The notes: generated from the sequence alone by a model not told the origin. Shown: positions 25,700-38,985, counted from the first letter of the stretch. The stretch is DNA of 64,000 nt from Mobula hypostoma (GCF_963921235.1 NC_086108.1:75270001-75334000), one strand, 5' to 3'. Made by a program: numbers and translations.

Positions 25700-27430
25700 C
25701 CAAACAAAATGTCTTTGGAAATTCCTCCTTGACATTAAAGACAATTCAGCCCAAAGCTCCATGACAACATCTTGGCTTATGCTGTTTACAAATTCATTAC
25801 AGTTCCCTCAAGAAAGTTACAGATTGTAGCTGGATAACTAGCTCGAACATTGAGAGAATGCTTCATCCAGAGATGAGAGGGCATGGGATACAGACATTGA
25901 GGTCTGGTGTAGCACCCAGTTGAAAGATGGTAGTACAACACTAGCACAAGCTAACTTTGAAATCAGAGATTCCAACAAAAATGTGATCCTGTGGCTCAAA
26001 AGATAGCCCAGCAGCTAAATACTTCTTAGAGGAGGGAAAGTACTGGTTTGGCAGAAATGTGTGCGGGTGCTACGTACAATAATAACCAAAGAAAAGTTAT
26101 TTTGCCAAGGGTTGTTGAGAACCAGTATGGAACTGAATGGGATTGTGATTAAAAGCAACAAAGAGCAAAATTTCAGAGACATAAAGGTATTTATTTTGTT
26201 TAAAATTGTACTTTGGGAATCATGGATTCACTCTGTTGGCTGTTCCAATGTTAGGCAGGAAAGGAATATTTTGCTATTGTCCACAAGTGAAGTAGGTGTT
26301 ACATTATGATAGCAGCAGGAAACTAGAACAAAATTGTTGATTCAGACAAACCTGCAAAACAAAGTTACAAGCTGCTTAGGGAGATGCATTTGGGTGAGGC
26401 ATCTTAGGGGAGAAAATGTTCCGAGTCCAAAGCCAGTGAAAAGCAGTCCAAGTCCACAGTGAATTAATAGTTACAAAACAATGGGACAGTGGAAATCAAA
26501 TAGTGCTGAGAAATATCTGTAATTGATTTGAGCAGCATGAAGTGGCTATTTGACACTATTTACAAAACAGCTGCTACACCACAAGAGTTCACAAGCAAGG
26601 AGAGAAACAGCAGGTTCAGTACAACATGCTGCAGGGAGGTCTAGCAAAGATAATACCAGCAGAAAAGACAAAGCCACGCAAGTCCTGGGAAAAAGCTCAA
26701 TGTCTACAAGAATCGAACTGAATCAATGTAGACTGAGTTGGGTACTTTGAGAAAGGACTTCACTGCTGTATGAAGGAAGAGCCATAGCTCCAAAGATTCT
26801 AAGAATGAAGTTACAGCAGGCAGGGAATTGATGTCAGAGCAATACAAAATAGCAAAGTGTAATGGAACACATTGAGAACAGCCACATTTGAGTTGAAAGT
26901 CTTGGAGACAATCCAGAAAGGCAAAGTTAGTGGAACAGCCATTGTGACATCAAAGTGATGACAGGAAAGGGGAGATATCAGTATCTACAGGGAGACGTAG
27001 TGGGAGTCAGGATGCAAGGCTTGGAAACAATGGCAAAAAGATGGAAAATGTTAATATATCAACAAAGCAAAGATTCCTGCAACTGATTTTGAGGTAACCA
27101 TTAATGATAAACCTTGTGATATGCGAACAGTTCAGTGTATACAGACAAGACTACGATGATAGTAATCCAAAATACATAATACAATATATTTAAAGTAATA
27201 AAGATAATTATGGTGAAGCACAATTGCAGAACAGGATGTGAGACCAGATGTTGTATGGGGCCTAGCTGGGGAAACGATCCAATGAAATTACGTGCCTGGA
27301 GAGGATACTTCAGAGTAGTCGCACACAGCTTATTGTGAACAGTTCAGTGAATGAAAAGTCCAAGAAAGTGAATGAATTTCAAACTAGTTGAAGGAACTAC
27401 TATTTATTATTGCCAATAACTAACCACTGT
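25700..27430 (+). mobile_element. Possible very old Gypsy internal relic
   Basis: Weak peptides LLYEGRAIAPKILRMKL (~26763) and YLQGDVVGVR (~26982) resemble Gypsy integrase-region motifs; purine-rich coding-like bias. Confidence 0.35.
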
Positions 27431-27728
27431 TTTAGTGGAGTAATCAGTTCACTCCTCTTCCCTACAGCCCTTCAAACAATTAAAAAGCTTATAAATACAC
27501 TGGATAAATATATTTATTACTGATGTTTTGTGTTACTGTTTCAACACAAGTAACAAAAACTGCTAGGATAGTAACAGGAACTGCAAAATAAACCTGATAA
27601 TATATGTGCATTCTGCTAGCAGGCACTACAGAACTGATGGAATTAACTGGATGATGATGTTTAACCTGCTGATCAAGAAGTAACTAATGGACTTCTAACT
27701 ACAAGGCAGCTGCAGAACGAGAGGGACC

Positions 27729-28215
27729 AAAGTTCAAAGTAACTTTATTATCAAAGTACATATATGTCATCATATACAACCCTGAGATTCATTTTATTGC
27801 AGGCATACTCAACAAAGCTAATCACTGTAATAGAATCAGTGAAAGACCACACCTACAGGGTGGGTAACCAGTGCCTAAAATACAACTGTGCAAATACAAA
27901 AAGGGGTAATAACTGCTCTTGAACCTAGTGGTGTGAGTTCCGAGGCTCCTGTACCTCTTTCCTGATGACAACAGCGAGAAGAGAACATGACCTGTAGGAT
28001 TTTCTGCTCAAGGACGGACATTGGTATTTCCATACCAAGCTGTAATGCAGCCAGTCAATATACACTCCATCTATAGAAGTTTGTCAAAGTTTTAGGTGTC
28101 TTGCCGAATCTTTGCAAACTTCTAAGGAAGTAAAAATGCTGCCGTGCTTTCTTTGCAATTGCACTTTCTTGCTGGGCCCAGGACAGGTTTTCTGAAATGA
28201 TAACTGAGGAATTTT
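27729..28215 (-). mobile_element. Rex1/Babar-type LINE 3' fragment
   Basis: aaagttcaaagtaactttattatc tail; ccataccaagctgtaatgcagccagtcaatatacactc = reverse of ESILTGCITAWYG. Confidence 0.8.
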
Positions 28216-29009
28216 GCTCAGGATTCCCTTCTTGTAATTAAAATCAATCAACGAGAGATGTCATCCAGGCTGAAGTCCATGTTCGAGGTCTGCGGAGCTA
28301 CTAGTGATGAAAGTTGCAGTTGATAAATAACAAACACTCTAATACTTTTGTCTGATAAATAACAAGTAAAACTGTACTTAAATAGACATTAATCTTCAAT
28401 CAGTACAATTAGAAAGGAGGAAAAATTGAAATTGCTGAAAATGAGGAGCCTTAGAAGGAGGCTTCCCTGGAATATTCTGGTGTGAAGGGAACGTTCTCTC
28501 CAGAGAAATCCTAGAAGAATCCATGATGCCATACCAGTGCTTCCTTTGTTGTCCGGGCAAGTGGTTTGCACGGTCTGTCTCATGCAGCTCAGTAACTAAC
28601 TGTTCCACTCTGCTGATCCTGCTGAAAAGTTACTGAGTCATAACCAGGCGTGTATATCTAATAAACCTAATACTTTCACCAATCTTGTTGTTCTCCAAAC
28701 ATTTTGAAATAAATCTAACAATGTTAAAACTCATTAAGGAATATGAAAACTGGATAAAAAGTTGAAGGGTAAAAATTTCTGAAGAGCTCAATGAAAGGAG
28801 CAGGGAAGAGGCATGAACTGAATTTCTTCATAAAAGGGACTCAGAAGATTACATGGTTTGCCTGTCTTGTATCATCCTATGATTGAAAAGAAATGGGCTA
28901 TTTGAATATAACAACAGTCAAAGTAGCACTAATATAAGAAGGAAATTTAGAACACAATATTTTACCAATAATTATGTAAAAGCCCTTATAGTCATTATAG
29001 TTAATTATA

Positions 29010-29131
29010 ACTCAGTGCTGACAAAGAGTCTCGACCCAGAATGTCAACTTTTGCCTGGCCTGGCCTGCTGAGTTCCTCCAGCATTGTGTGTGTGTTGCTT
29101 CGATTTCCAGCATCTGTAGATTTTCTCTTGT
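29010..29131 (+). mobile_element. Solo PLE pseudo-LTR with 15-bp TSD
   Basis: TSD ttatagttaattata at 28995-29009 and 29132-29146; decayed hammerhead motif at the 5' end. Confidence 0.85.
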
Positions 29132-29513
29132 TTATAGTTAATTATAGTAACTTTATGCTTCCTCATGCTTTCGCACAATGCTTTTGGGCAGCCTGCTCAG
29201 ATCCCTGCTCTGAAATATGAGCAGCTTTGCACTATGTAATCATGCTATCACACCTTCAGCAACTCTGCTCCACATTTTCTTCTCCATTGCCTGGTCACAG
29301 TAGCTTCACAGCGAGTGGGAGCAGTTAGATTTTGAAAGGGGGCTCGTATACAAACTTGGCTTGTTAGCTACCTCTGCTAACAGCCTCCTAACTCAGCGGT
29401 GAGAAGGCCATCTTACATAAGCAAAATGTTTCTGGGGTCGGTATGACCTGGGGGTTCAACCAAACCAGAACATTGGAATGTTCCGATTAAGGAACATTGA
29501 TTGTAGCAAAAGC

Positions 29514-30156
29514 TGTGTAAATACTGCTCATACACAATTATCCGTCGTCAAGAAATGACAGATCGTACACCAGTATAAAGTTACAAAGTAAGTATGTTTA
29601 CCAGTTTTCAAATTTATCATACAATTAATAGGAAAAGAAAGAAAAAAATAAATGGTCCCATTACAGTTAACAAGTCTAAATGAGCACTTAAACGTTGGAG
29701 CTTGTTTCTGTAGTAGCCTGGTGTATCGTTTTACTCACAGCGCTGAATTCCCATCAACAACCATAGGTAGAACTTCCCTCTTGGATCATTCATCTCGCAA
29801 AATACTCCTTGCATTTGGGTCACCTCCTTCGGATGGGATCCTCCAAGCGTCTTCACCGGCACTCTTCTCTCCACACCTTCTGCCAAAAGACCCCAAACCA
29901 GATGACTGTCCTTCAGAGAACTGATCTCACCCAGCCCTGTCAAGGGTTCCATGTCATCCCACTGGGCAGAAAGTTGCAAAACATACCAAGGCAACCCGGA
30001 TTAGCTGACACAACATTCCTAAGTTGGACAACATGGCTCTTTATCTTTAGCAGAAGCCAAAACCTCTTACTGACGGAACACACTGCTTTTGCAAAAATCT
30101 GCTGAAATAAAAATACCTCACAGCGTAGCAGTAGAAATCTTAACCAGGGCATTACA
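29514..30156 (-). mobile_element. Probable solo LTR
   Basis: tgtgtaa...ttaca termini, flanks aaagc/aaagt, ~640 bp, CpG-richer than the flanks; strand is a guess. Confidence 0.45.
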
Positions 30157-31007
30157 AAAGTAACTAATTTCTGTAACAAATTTCACAACTTATGCCAGTG
30201 ATTTTAAACCTGATTCTGATTCTGCTGAAGGTAAATTTATTATCAAAGTACATATACTGTATGTCACCATATTTAACCCTGAGATTCATTTTCGTGCAGG
30301 CATTCACAGTAGAACAGAGACATGCATTAGAATCAAAGAAAAACTGTACATAAACAAAGACTGAAAAAAGAAGACGGTCTGTGCATACTCACAGAAGAAA
30401 AAATAAATAAATAAATAATACTGAGAATATGGGTTCTATAAGTGTGTTTAGTTATAGTAACTTCTTATAAACCTTTGACAGATTGTACATTTTGTTGGCT
30501 TTGATGCATGCAACCATATGCCTTAAAGACTGTTTTATAGGTTCCTGTGGAGGACAATAAATATGCCAGTTGTGAACAAGACACACTTCATGTGGGAAAT
30601 AATTATCTTCTATAAAAATTAAAATTTTATGCCATCTGTCCTGAACTAACAGAAAGCAGTGGATTGTGGGTAATGAGGGTGATGAAGGAATTCCTGCAAA
30701 TGATTATATATCTTTTATCCTCTGCCAGATGTGAACTGTTACGCAAGGGTACAATTATTATTCAACCACTCCATTGAAGTTTGATTGCCACAATATTTTA
30801 TGACTTTATCAAAAAATAAAAGTGTTTATATTTTATTGTTCAGTATTCCATTTACCGTCTAAACCCTCTTCAGATTTAAACAAATCCTTAGTCTAATAGA
30901 GAAACTGATGAACAGTAAATTTATATAGTACCATGTATAGTATGAATTACTTTAGGTGGTTTCACCACCAGCTTACAAATATAATTTATTAAAAAGATGA
31001 GTTACAT

Positions 31008-31324
31008 TTATTTATTTATTCATTTATCTATCTATTTATTTATTTACAGACACTATGTGAAACAGGGCCTTCCAGCCTTCTGAGCCACACTGGCCAGCAA
31101 ACCAATAATCTAATTCTAGCCTAATCACAGGACAATTTACAATGAATGACTAACCTACTAACCAGTATGTCTTTGGACTGTGGGAGACAACTGGAGTGCC
31201 TGGTGTAAACCCACATGCACATGGGGAGACGATACAAACTTTCTTACAGAGGATGCCGGAATTGAACTCTGACATCACAAGCTGTAATAGTGTCATGCTA
31301 ACCGCTACACTACCGTGGCACCCC
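31008..31324 (-). mobile_element. V-SINE-type SINE
   Basis: atgtctttggactgtgggag and taaccgctacactaccgtggcacc (reverse of the 9949 element); (ttta)n tail. Confidence 0.75.
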
Positions 31325-32059
31325 ATTGCAAAAGTAATTAATTAATAATGCAACATCTTTCCTTCATCTTTCAGCTGCACTCCTAGCTCCTTCGAAAGCA
31401 TGTTTTTTGTTTGCAATGAATTTTGGCAGCATCTACTGCATATTGACATTTTACACACCCTCCACAATTTGCTAAGTTTAACACTGTAATAAGTTTAAAC
31501 CTGCACTAGTTGGGCAACATGAGATCATTTATTTAAATGGTTTTTCATTCACAGGATATGATTTATGGTGGATTGGCCAACATTCATTGCCTATTCCCCT
31601 ATTACTCCAAACAAGCACCTTTCTTGTTTGTTATGGCCAGCTATGAGTCAACCACTGCGCTGTATGTAGGCCATACTGAAATGAATTTCTTTTTTCAGGA
31701 AAGAACTTGGCTGTCTGATAAATTTAACTGAAACAGTTGTTTTTTTTTATTCGTAGTTCTGCAGCTTCATGAACACTAAAGCTGAGATAGACTTCTTGTT
31801 TTAATTTCCACATTTATTTAATCAAATCTGAATGTGGCTGCTGCCATGCTGTGACTCTAATTCACGCTTCTTGTGTAGTAGTTCAGGCCTCGAAATCCCA
31901 GACTGGGAATGGAATCATTAGATCTCTATGTCAAAGTGATACTGCCTTAGAAATAAGGTGCTTAATTTAAAAATAATTGCAAATGAATTATGGATTGTGA
32001 CACACACAAAATGCTGGAGGAACTCAGCAAGTCAGGCAGCATCTATGGAAATGAATAAA

Positions 32060-32097
32060 CAGTCGACATTTCAGGCCAAGACCCTTCTTCAGGGCTG
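32060..32097 (-). ncRNA. Minimal type-I hammerhead ribozyme motif (near intact)
   Basis: Minus strand cagcc-ctgaaga-agggtcttggcct-gaaat-gtc-gactg. Confidence 0.72.
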
Positions 32098-33163
32098 GAA
32101 AGGAAGGGGGAAGATGCCAGAATAAAAAGGTGGGCGGAAGGGAAAGAGGCTAGCTATAAGGTGATAGGTAAAGGCAGGTGGGTAGGAAAGATAAAGGGCT
32201 GGAGAGGAAGGAATCTGATCGGAGAGGAGAGTGGACCATAGGGGAAAGGGAAGGAGGTGGGAACCCAGGATGGCAGGCAGGGGAAAAAAGGCAAGAGGCC
32301 AGAGTGGGGAATAGAAGAAGGGGGCGGGGGAGAGAAAAATATTTTTACACGAAGGAAAAATCAATATTCATGTCATCAGGTTGGAGGCTACCCTCATGGA
32401 ATATAAGGTGTTGCTCTTCCACCCTGACGGTGGCCTCATCTTGACACAAGAGGGGGGCATGGACTGACATGATGGAATAGCAATAAAAATCAGAATTACA
32501 ATGTTTGGACACCTGGAAATTCTGCTTTTGGCAAACAGAGCAGAGGTCAATGAATGATCCCCCAATTTACAACAGGTCTCACCAATGTTGAGAACATTGG
32601 ACACAACAGATGGCTCCAGTAGATTCACAGGTGATGTGTTGCTTCACCTGAAAGGACTGTTTGGGACCCTGAATGAGATGAGGGAGGAGGTGAATGAGCA
32701 GGTGTAGTACTTTGGCTGCTTGCAGAGATAAGTGCCTGGCAAGAGATTAGTGGGGAGGGATGAATAGAAAAGGGAATCATGGAGGGAGCTACTCCTGTGG
32801 AAAGCAGAGGGGGAGGGATGTTAAGATATGTTTGGTGGTAGGATCCCTTTGGAGATGGTAGAATTTGTGGAGGATGATGTGTTGGAAGCTCATGGGGTGG
32901 TATGTAAGGATAAGAGGAACTCTAGTACTGGTAGGGTGGCAGGAAGATGGAATCCGCACGGATGTTCTGGAAGTGGAGGAGATGCAGTAGAGGGCGGCAC
33001 CTATGGTGGTGGAAGAGAAACACTGTTCTTTGAAAGAGGAAATCTCTGATGTCCTGGAAAGGAAAGCTGTGGCTTGGGAACAGATGCGGCATACATGAAG
33101 GAACTGAGAAAAAGGAATAGCGTTACTACAGGAGACAGAGTAGGAAGAGGTATAGTCATGATA

Positions 33164-34789
33164 CATTGCCTATAAAAAGTATTCACTCCCCTTGGAAGTT
33201 TTCATGTTTTATTGTTTTACAACATTGAATCACATCGGAGTTAATTTGGCTTTTTTGACACTGATCAACAGAAAAAGACTCTTTCATGTCAAACTGAAAA
33301 CAAATCTCTACAAAGTGATCTAAATTAATTACAAATATAAATAATACAATAATTGATTGCATAAGTATTCTCCCCCTTCAAGTCAGTATGTAGTAGATAC
33401 ACATTTGGCAATCGCAGCCTTGAGTCTGTGTGGATAAGTCTCTATCAGCTTTGCATATCTGGACTCTGCAGTTTTTCCCATTCTTCTTTACAAAACTACT
33501 CAAGCTCTGTTAGATTGCTTGGGGGTCATGAGTGAACTGCCATTTTCAAGTCCGGTGACAAATTCTCAATTGGATTGAGGTCTGAAATCTGACTGGGCCA
33601 CTCCAGGACATTAAATTTGTTGTTTATAAGCCATTCATTCGTATGTCATTTTGGCTTCATGCTTGGGGTCATTGTCTTGTTGGAAAAAAATCTTCTCCCA
33701 AGTCATAGTTCTCTTGCGGACTGCATCAGGTCTTCCTCCAGGAATTCCCTGTATTTTCTGTATTCATTTTATTCTCTACTTCACAAGCCTTCCTAGGCCT
33801 GTTGCAGTGAAGCAGCCCCACAGCATGATGCAGTCACCACCATGCTTCATGGTAGGAATGGTGTGTTTTTGATGATGTACGGTGTTTAGTCTGATGGCCA
33901 AAATGATCAATTCTGGTTTCATCAGACCATAGAACTTTCTTCCAGCTGATTTCAGAGTCTCCCACATGCCTTCTGGCAAACTCTAGCCCAGATTTCATAA
34001 GAGTTTTTTTTCAACAGTGGCTTTCTCTTTGCCACTTTGCCACTTTCCCATAAAGCTGCAACTGCTGAAGTAGCTGGGCAACAGTTGTATGTGCAGTCTG
34101 TCCCATCTCAGCCACTGAAGCTTGTAACTCCTCCAGAGATGTCATAAGTCTCTTAGTGGCCTCCCTCACTAGTCCCCTTCTTGCACGTTCAATCAGTTTT
34201 TGAAGACGGTCTACTCTATGCAGATTTAAAGCTGTGCCATATTCTTTCCATTTCTTGATGATTGACTTAACTGTACTCCAAGGGACATTTAGTGGCTTGG
34301 AAATTTTTTTGTATCCATCTCCTGACTTGTGCTTTTCAATAACCTTTTCGCAGAGTTGTTTGGAATGTTCTTTTGTCTTCATGGTGTAGATTTTGCCAGG
34401 ATACTGAACAACCAGCAGTTGGAGCTTCCAGATACAGATGTATTGTTACTACAATCAATTGAAATACTTTTACTGCACACAGGCCTCTAAAAACAGATCT
34501 CCATTTAACTAATTATGTGACTTTTAAAACCAATCAGCTGCACCAGTGATAATTTCTTGTGTCATATTAAGGGGGGGGGGGGTGAATATTTATGCAATCA
34601 ATTATTTAGTGTTTTATGTTTGTAATTAATTTATATCACTTTGTAGAGATCTGTTTTCACTTTGACACAAAAGTTTTTTTCTGCTGTTCAGTGTCAAAAA
34701 ATCTAAAAAGTCCATTGTGATTCAAACTTGTAAAACAATAAAACATGAAAACTTCCGGAGGGAGGGTGAATATTTTTTTATAGGCATTG
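33164..34789 (-). mobile_element. Tc1-family DNA transposon, Passport-like, with both termini but an inactivated transposase
   Basis: TA on both sides; ~210-220 bp IR/DR-type TIRs; MKTKEHSKQLCEKVIEKHKSGDGYKKISKPLNVPWSTVKSIIKKWKEYG and [16 protein letters not shown]. Confidence 0.93.
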
Positions 34790-36669
34790 TATCTGTAGGA
34801 ATTGGTAGGTTTATAAAATATATTGGTTGACAGTTTGTCTCTGGAGATGGAGGCAGAGAAATTGAGAGAGGGGAGCAAGTGTCAGAACTGGACCAATTGA
34901 ATTTAAGAGCAGGGTGAATGTTAGAAGCAAAGTGAATGAAATTGGTGAGCTCAGCTTGGATGCATGAAGCAGCACCACTGTAGTCATCATTGTAGCAGAA
35001 GAAGAGTTGAGCAGCATTACCAGGGAAGGCTTGGAGCATAGCCAACAAAGAGGCAGGCATATCTGGGGCCCATGAGGTTGCTCATGGCTACCCCTCAAAT
35101 ACCCCAGGTGACAGAATATCTAGAATACCAAATAGAATGTTACTCAGATGTAATAAGAACTCTTAAGTTGAGATTGTTGATGAGGGATTGGTAGAGTGGG
35201 ATGAACTTACTCTGTCTCTAGTCATTTTGTATCTAATATGAGATAAGTTGCCTGAAATGGAGAGCATTCCAATCTTCTGCAGTAACACCATTCTCCTTGC
35301 TGTAGGACAATTATACAATATTGACAGAGCAAAGTGTAGGAGAATGTATCTACTGTATTTTCTTTCCATCTGTATTGTATTTTGTGTTGCGCATTTATTG
35401 TGGGTAATTTGTCACGTGTGTTGGGATGCAGCAGAAGCAAATGAGTATAGTTACTTATTCATGCTTTGTCTTCGTCTAGTTGTAAGGGAGTGAGCGATAC
35501 TCTTTTTTGTTGTCTGCTTGTTTCACTAATTATGCTAATTGGAACACTTCTTTATGATCTTTACTTAATTATGCAAATTTGAATGCTAATTACTCTTATT
35601 TTGTTATATCATTAATTTAGCTTCATTAGTTTTTTATTGCAATAATATTGTTTCTCTTTGTTGGTTTCGCAATAAAGGATCGAATGTATTTTTTTTACTT
35701 GGAACTCAGTTAGCTGGAAGCGTGTCAGTTAGTGTTAACTCCCATACCCAGTCTCTCAGCGGCTTTGGTTTGTTTTCAAGTAACCAGTACACAAATGCTG
35801 ACATTATACTAATAGAGCAAAATTCTGACCTAGCTGTGAGTCTCTATTAGTTGGAAACTCCACTGGGAGAGCTGTGGTGATGAAGTCATTGAATATATTT
35901 GTGGCAAAGATTGACAAATATTTGTAAACTACAAGTCAAGTGGTATGGGGAGAGGGTGAGATTATGGATCAGCCAGGACCTTATGGAATGGAAGAGTAGG
36001 CTCAAGGGGCTGGTTGGCCTACACCGGCTTCTCATGTTCTTATACCCTTATGCCCAAAATTAATTAGTTCCTCCTTTCAAAGAATTTCTTAATTGACTCA
36101 TGATGTTAAGAAAATATCCAGCTTTGACATTCCAGAAAAGAATAACAGAGGAATTCTCAATTTTGAATATCTGGCCATTCAAATTTATGCAAACTGCAGC
36201 AATTGATGAAGCATTGTTCGGGTTTCATTGTTTTTCTTTTACATGTGCTACTTACAACATTTACGGCATTGTACCATTGTGGCTTGGGAGAAGACATACA
36301 CAGGAGTTGTATTTTATTGAATGAAACTATCTTTCTCCGTAATTCTATTGAATGAAACCAGCACCAGGTCAAAGCTGAACAAAAAACCCTTACTTTGCAA
36401 CAACACCGATTTTTAAATATAAACAACAAAATATTTTATTGCCATTTTTGTTAGTTTTTATCTTTGGAGTTCCTTATTTTGTTGTAATAAGTTCTGTTAT
36501 TAAACCTTGTGGTATGTAAAGGCATATTCACGAGGTTGCCCTTTTCCCAAGTAGTCATTTACTTAAAGTCACCTACATAGAATCTATGTAGCCAACAGTA
36601 GGTGATTACTTAGGGAAAGGATGGCCTGTGGCAGTTCTTTTTACTGTATTGTGTTTTCTTTACAAGTTA

Positions 36670-37113
36670 AAGTTACATCACACAAACCAACCTTCCATCC
36701 TTGGACTCACTTTACACCGCACGCTGTCGGAGCAGTGCTGCCAGGATAATCAAGGACGCGACCCGCCCAGCCAACACAATTTTTGTCCCTCTTCCCTCTG
36801 GGAGAAGGCTCAGGAGCTTGAAGACTCATATGGCCAGATTTGGGAACAGCTTCTTTCCAACTGTGATAAGACTGCTGCACAGATCCTGACCCGGATCTGG
36901 GCCGTACCCTCCAAATATCCGGACCTGCCTCTCGGTTTTTTTGCACTACCTTACTTTCCATTTTCTATTTTCTATTTATGATTTATAATTTAAATTTTTA
37001 ATATTTACTATCGATTTGTACTCCAGGGAGTACAAAGAGCAGAATCAAATATCACTGTGATGATTGTACGCTCTAGTATCAATTGTTTGGCGACAATAAA
37101 GTATAAAGTATAA
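36670..37113 (+). mobile_element. Rex1/Babar-type LINE 3' fragment (young)
   Basis: LYTARCRSSAARIIKDATRPAN..PLPSGRRLRSLKT..RFGNSFFPTVIRLL; (aaagtat)n tail. Confidence 0.85.
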
Positions 37114-37299
37114 AGCCTGTGATTTCCATATGATTTTCTGTCATTCACTCTAAATGGTGAAAACCCAAGAGAGAATAGAAGATAGACAGATTGATAGATA
37201 GATACTTTATTAATCCCAAAGGAAATTGCAGTGTCACAGTAGCGTTGCAAAAGGCCACTTACGGCGTTTCTTCAGGGTTTCTGAGTATTGCATATTAGG

Positions 37300-38985
37300 A
37301 GATCAGGCAGCATCTATGGAGGGGAGTAAACAGTCAAAAATGTTTCCAACTAGACCCTTTCATCATAACTGGAAAGGAAGGGGGAAGAAGCCAGAACAGG
37401 AAGGTGGAGGAGCGGAAGCAGTACAAGCTAGTAGCTACAAACAAGAGGAAATCTGCAGATGCTGGAAATCCAACCAACACACACTTTTCTTTCTCAATGG
37501 GAAGGCAAGAAGATGAGGTGAGAGAGAGAAAAGGGGATGGGAAATGTTGAAGGAGGGGAAGCGGTGGGAGGCATTACCAGAAGTTTGAGAAATTGATGTT
37601 CATACCATCAGGTTGGAGGCTACCCAAATGGAACATAAGGTGTTGCTTCTCCAACCTAAGTGTGGCCCCACCACGACAGTAGAGGAGGCCATGGATAAAC
37701 ATATTGTAATGGGAATGGGAAGTGGAATTAAAATAGGTGGCCACTGGGAGATCCCACTTCTTCTGGCAGACAGAGTGTAGATGCTCAGCAAAGCGGTCTC
37801 CCAATCTACGTCAGGTCTCACCGACATATAGGTGGCCGCACTGGGAGCATCGCACACAATATATGAATCCAACAGACTTACAGGTGAAGTGTCGCCTCAC
37901 GTGGAAAGACTGCCCGAAATGTTGACTATACATTTTTCCATAGATGCTGCCTAGCCTGCTGAGTTCCTCCAGCATTTTGTGTGTGTTACAAGCTGGCAGT
38001 TGATAGGTGAAGCCAGGTGAGGGGAAAGTGGATGAAGTTAGAAACTGGGAGGTGATAGGTGGAAGAGGTAAAGGGCTGAAGAAGAAGGAATATGATAGGC
38101 GAAGACAGTGCCTCATGGGAGAAAGGGAAGGGGGAATAGAATCAGAGCGAGGTGATGGGCAGGTGAGGAGAAGGGAAGTGGTGGGGAGAGCCAGAATGGG
38201 GAACGGAAAGAAAAGGGATTATGGGTGAGAAATTACCAGAAGTTAGAGTAATTGATGTCATGTCATCAGGTTGAAAGCTACACAATGGGGTCACTCTCAG
38301 TCTCTCCGACCTGAGAGTGACCTCATTGTGACAGAGGAGGAGGCAATGAACCAACATATCAGAATTAAAATGGGAAGTTAAATTGAAATAGGTGGCCACC
38401 AGGAAATCCCACCTTTTGTGATGGACTGAGCGAAGGTGCTTGATGAAACAGTTCCCCAGTTTATGTCAGGTCTCGCTGATATTTTAGAAGCAGCACCAGA
38501 AGCACCAGATACAGGAGATAACTTGGAGCTGAAGAGTTGCCTCGCCTGGAAGAACTGCTTGGGCCTTGAATGCCGGTGAGGGAGGAGGCGTAGGAGCAGG
38601 TGTGCATTTGTTCCACTTGCAAGGGGAAAGACAAGTGGACAAGGGGGTCACGTTAAGAGTAATGCCTGCAGAAAGTAGAAAGGGGAGAGTACTGGAGCAA
38701 GGGAAAGGTGTGTTTAGTGGTAGGATCCCACTGAAGAAGGCAGAAGTTATGGAGAATGATGTGTTGGGTATGGAGGTAGTGGGGATGCAGGTAAAGACAA
38801 GGGGAGCTCTACCTTGTTATTGGCAGCATGAAGATGGGGTGAGGGTGGATATACAGAAAATAGGCTGCACCAGTAGTAGGGGAAGAGAAACATCATTCTT
38901 TAGGAATGGAAAGCCTCATTCTGAGAACAGATGTGGTGGAGATCGAAGAACTGGATTTCCACATCTGCACAATCTCTTGTGTTTA
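37300..38985 (-). mobile_element. Penelope-like cluster: a PLE (~37435-37986, with inverted 5' pLTR) inserted into another PLE
   Basis: GIY-YIG: FTCKSVGFIYCVRCSQCGHLYVGET..RFAEHL..LGSLQPDGMN; imperfect duplication tacaagct(a/g)g(t/c)ag near 37422 and 37987. Confidence 0.85.

Larger units (their letters stand above)
32000..35100 (-). mobile_element. Penelope-like element (RT, GIY-YIG, pLTR) split by a Tc1 transposon
   Basis: Removing the Tc1 rejoins FYKPTNSYR|YHDYTSSYS; also YNDDYSG..FIHFASNIHPALKFNWS and NAIPFSQFL. Confidence 0.9.
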
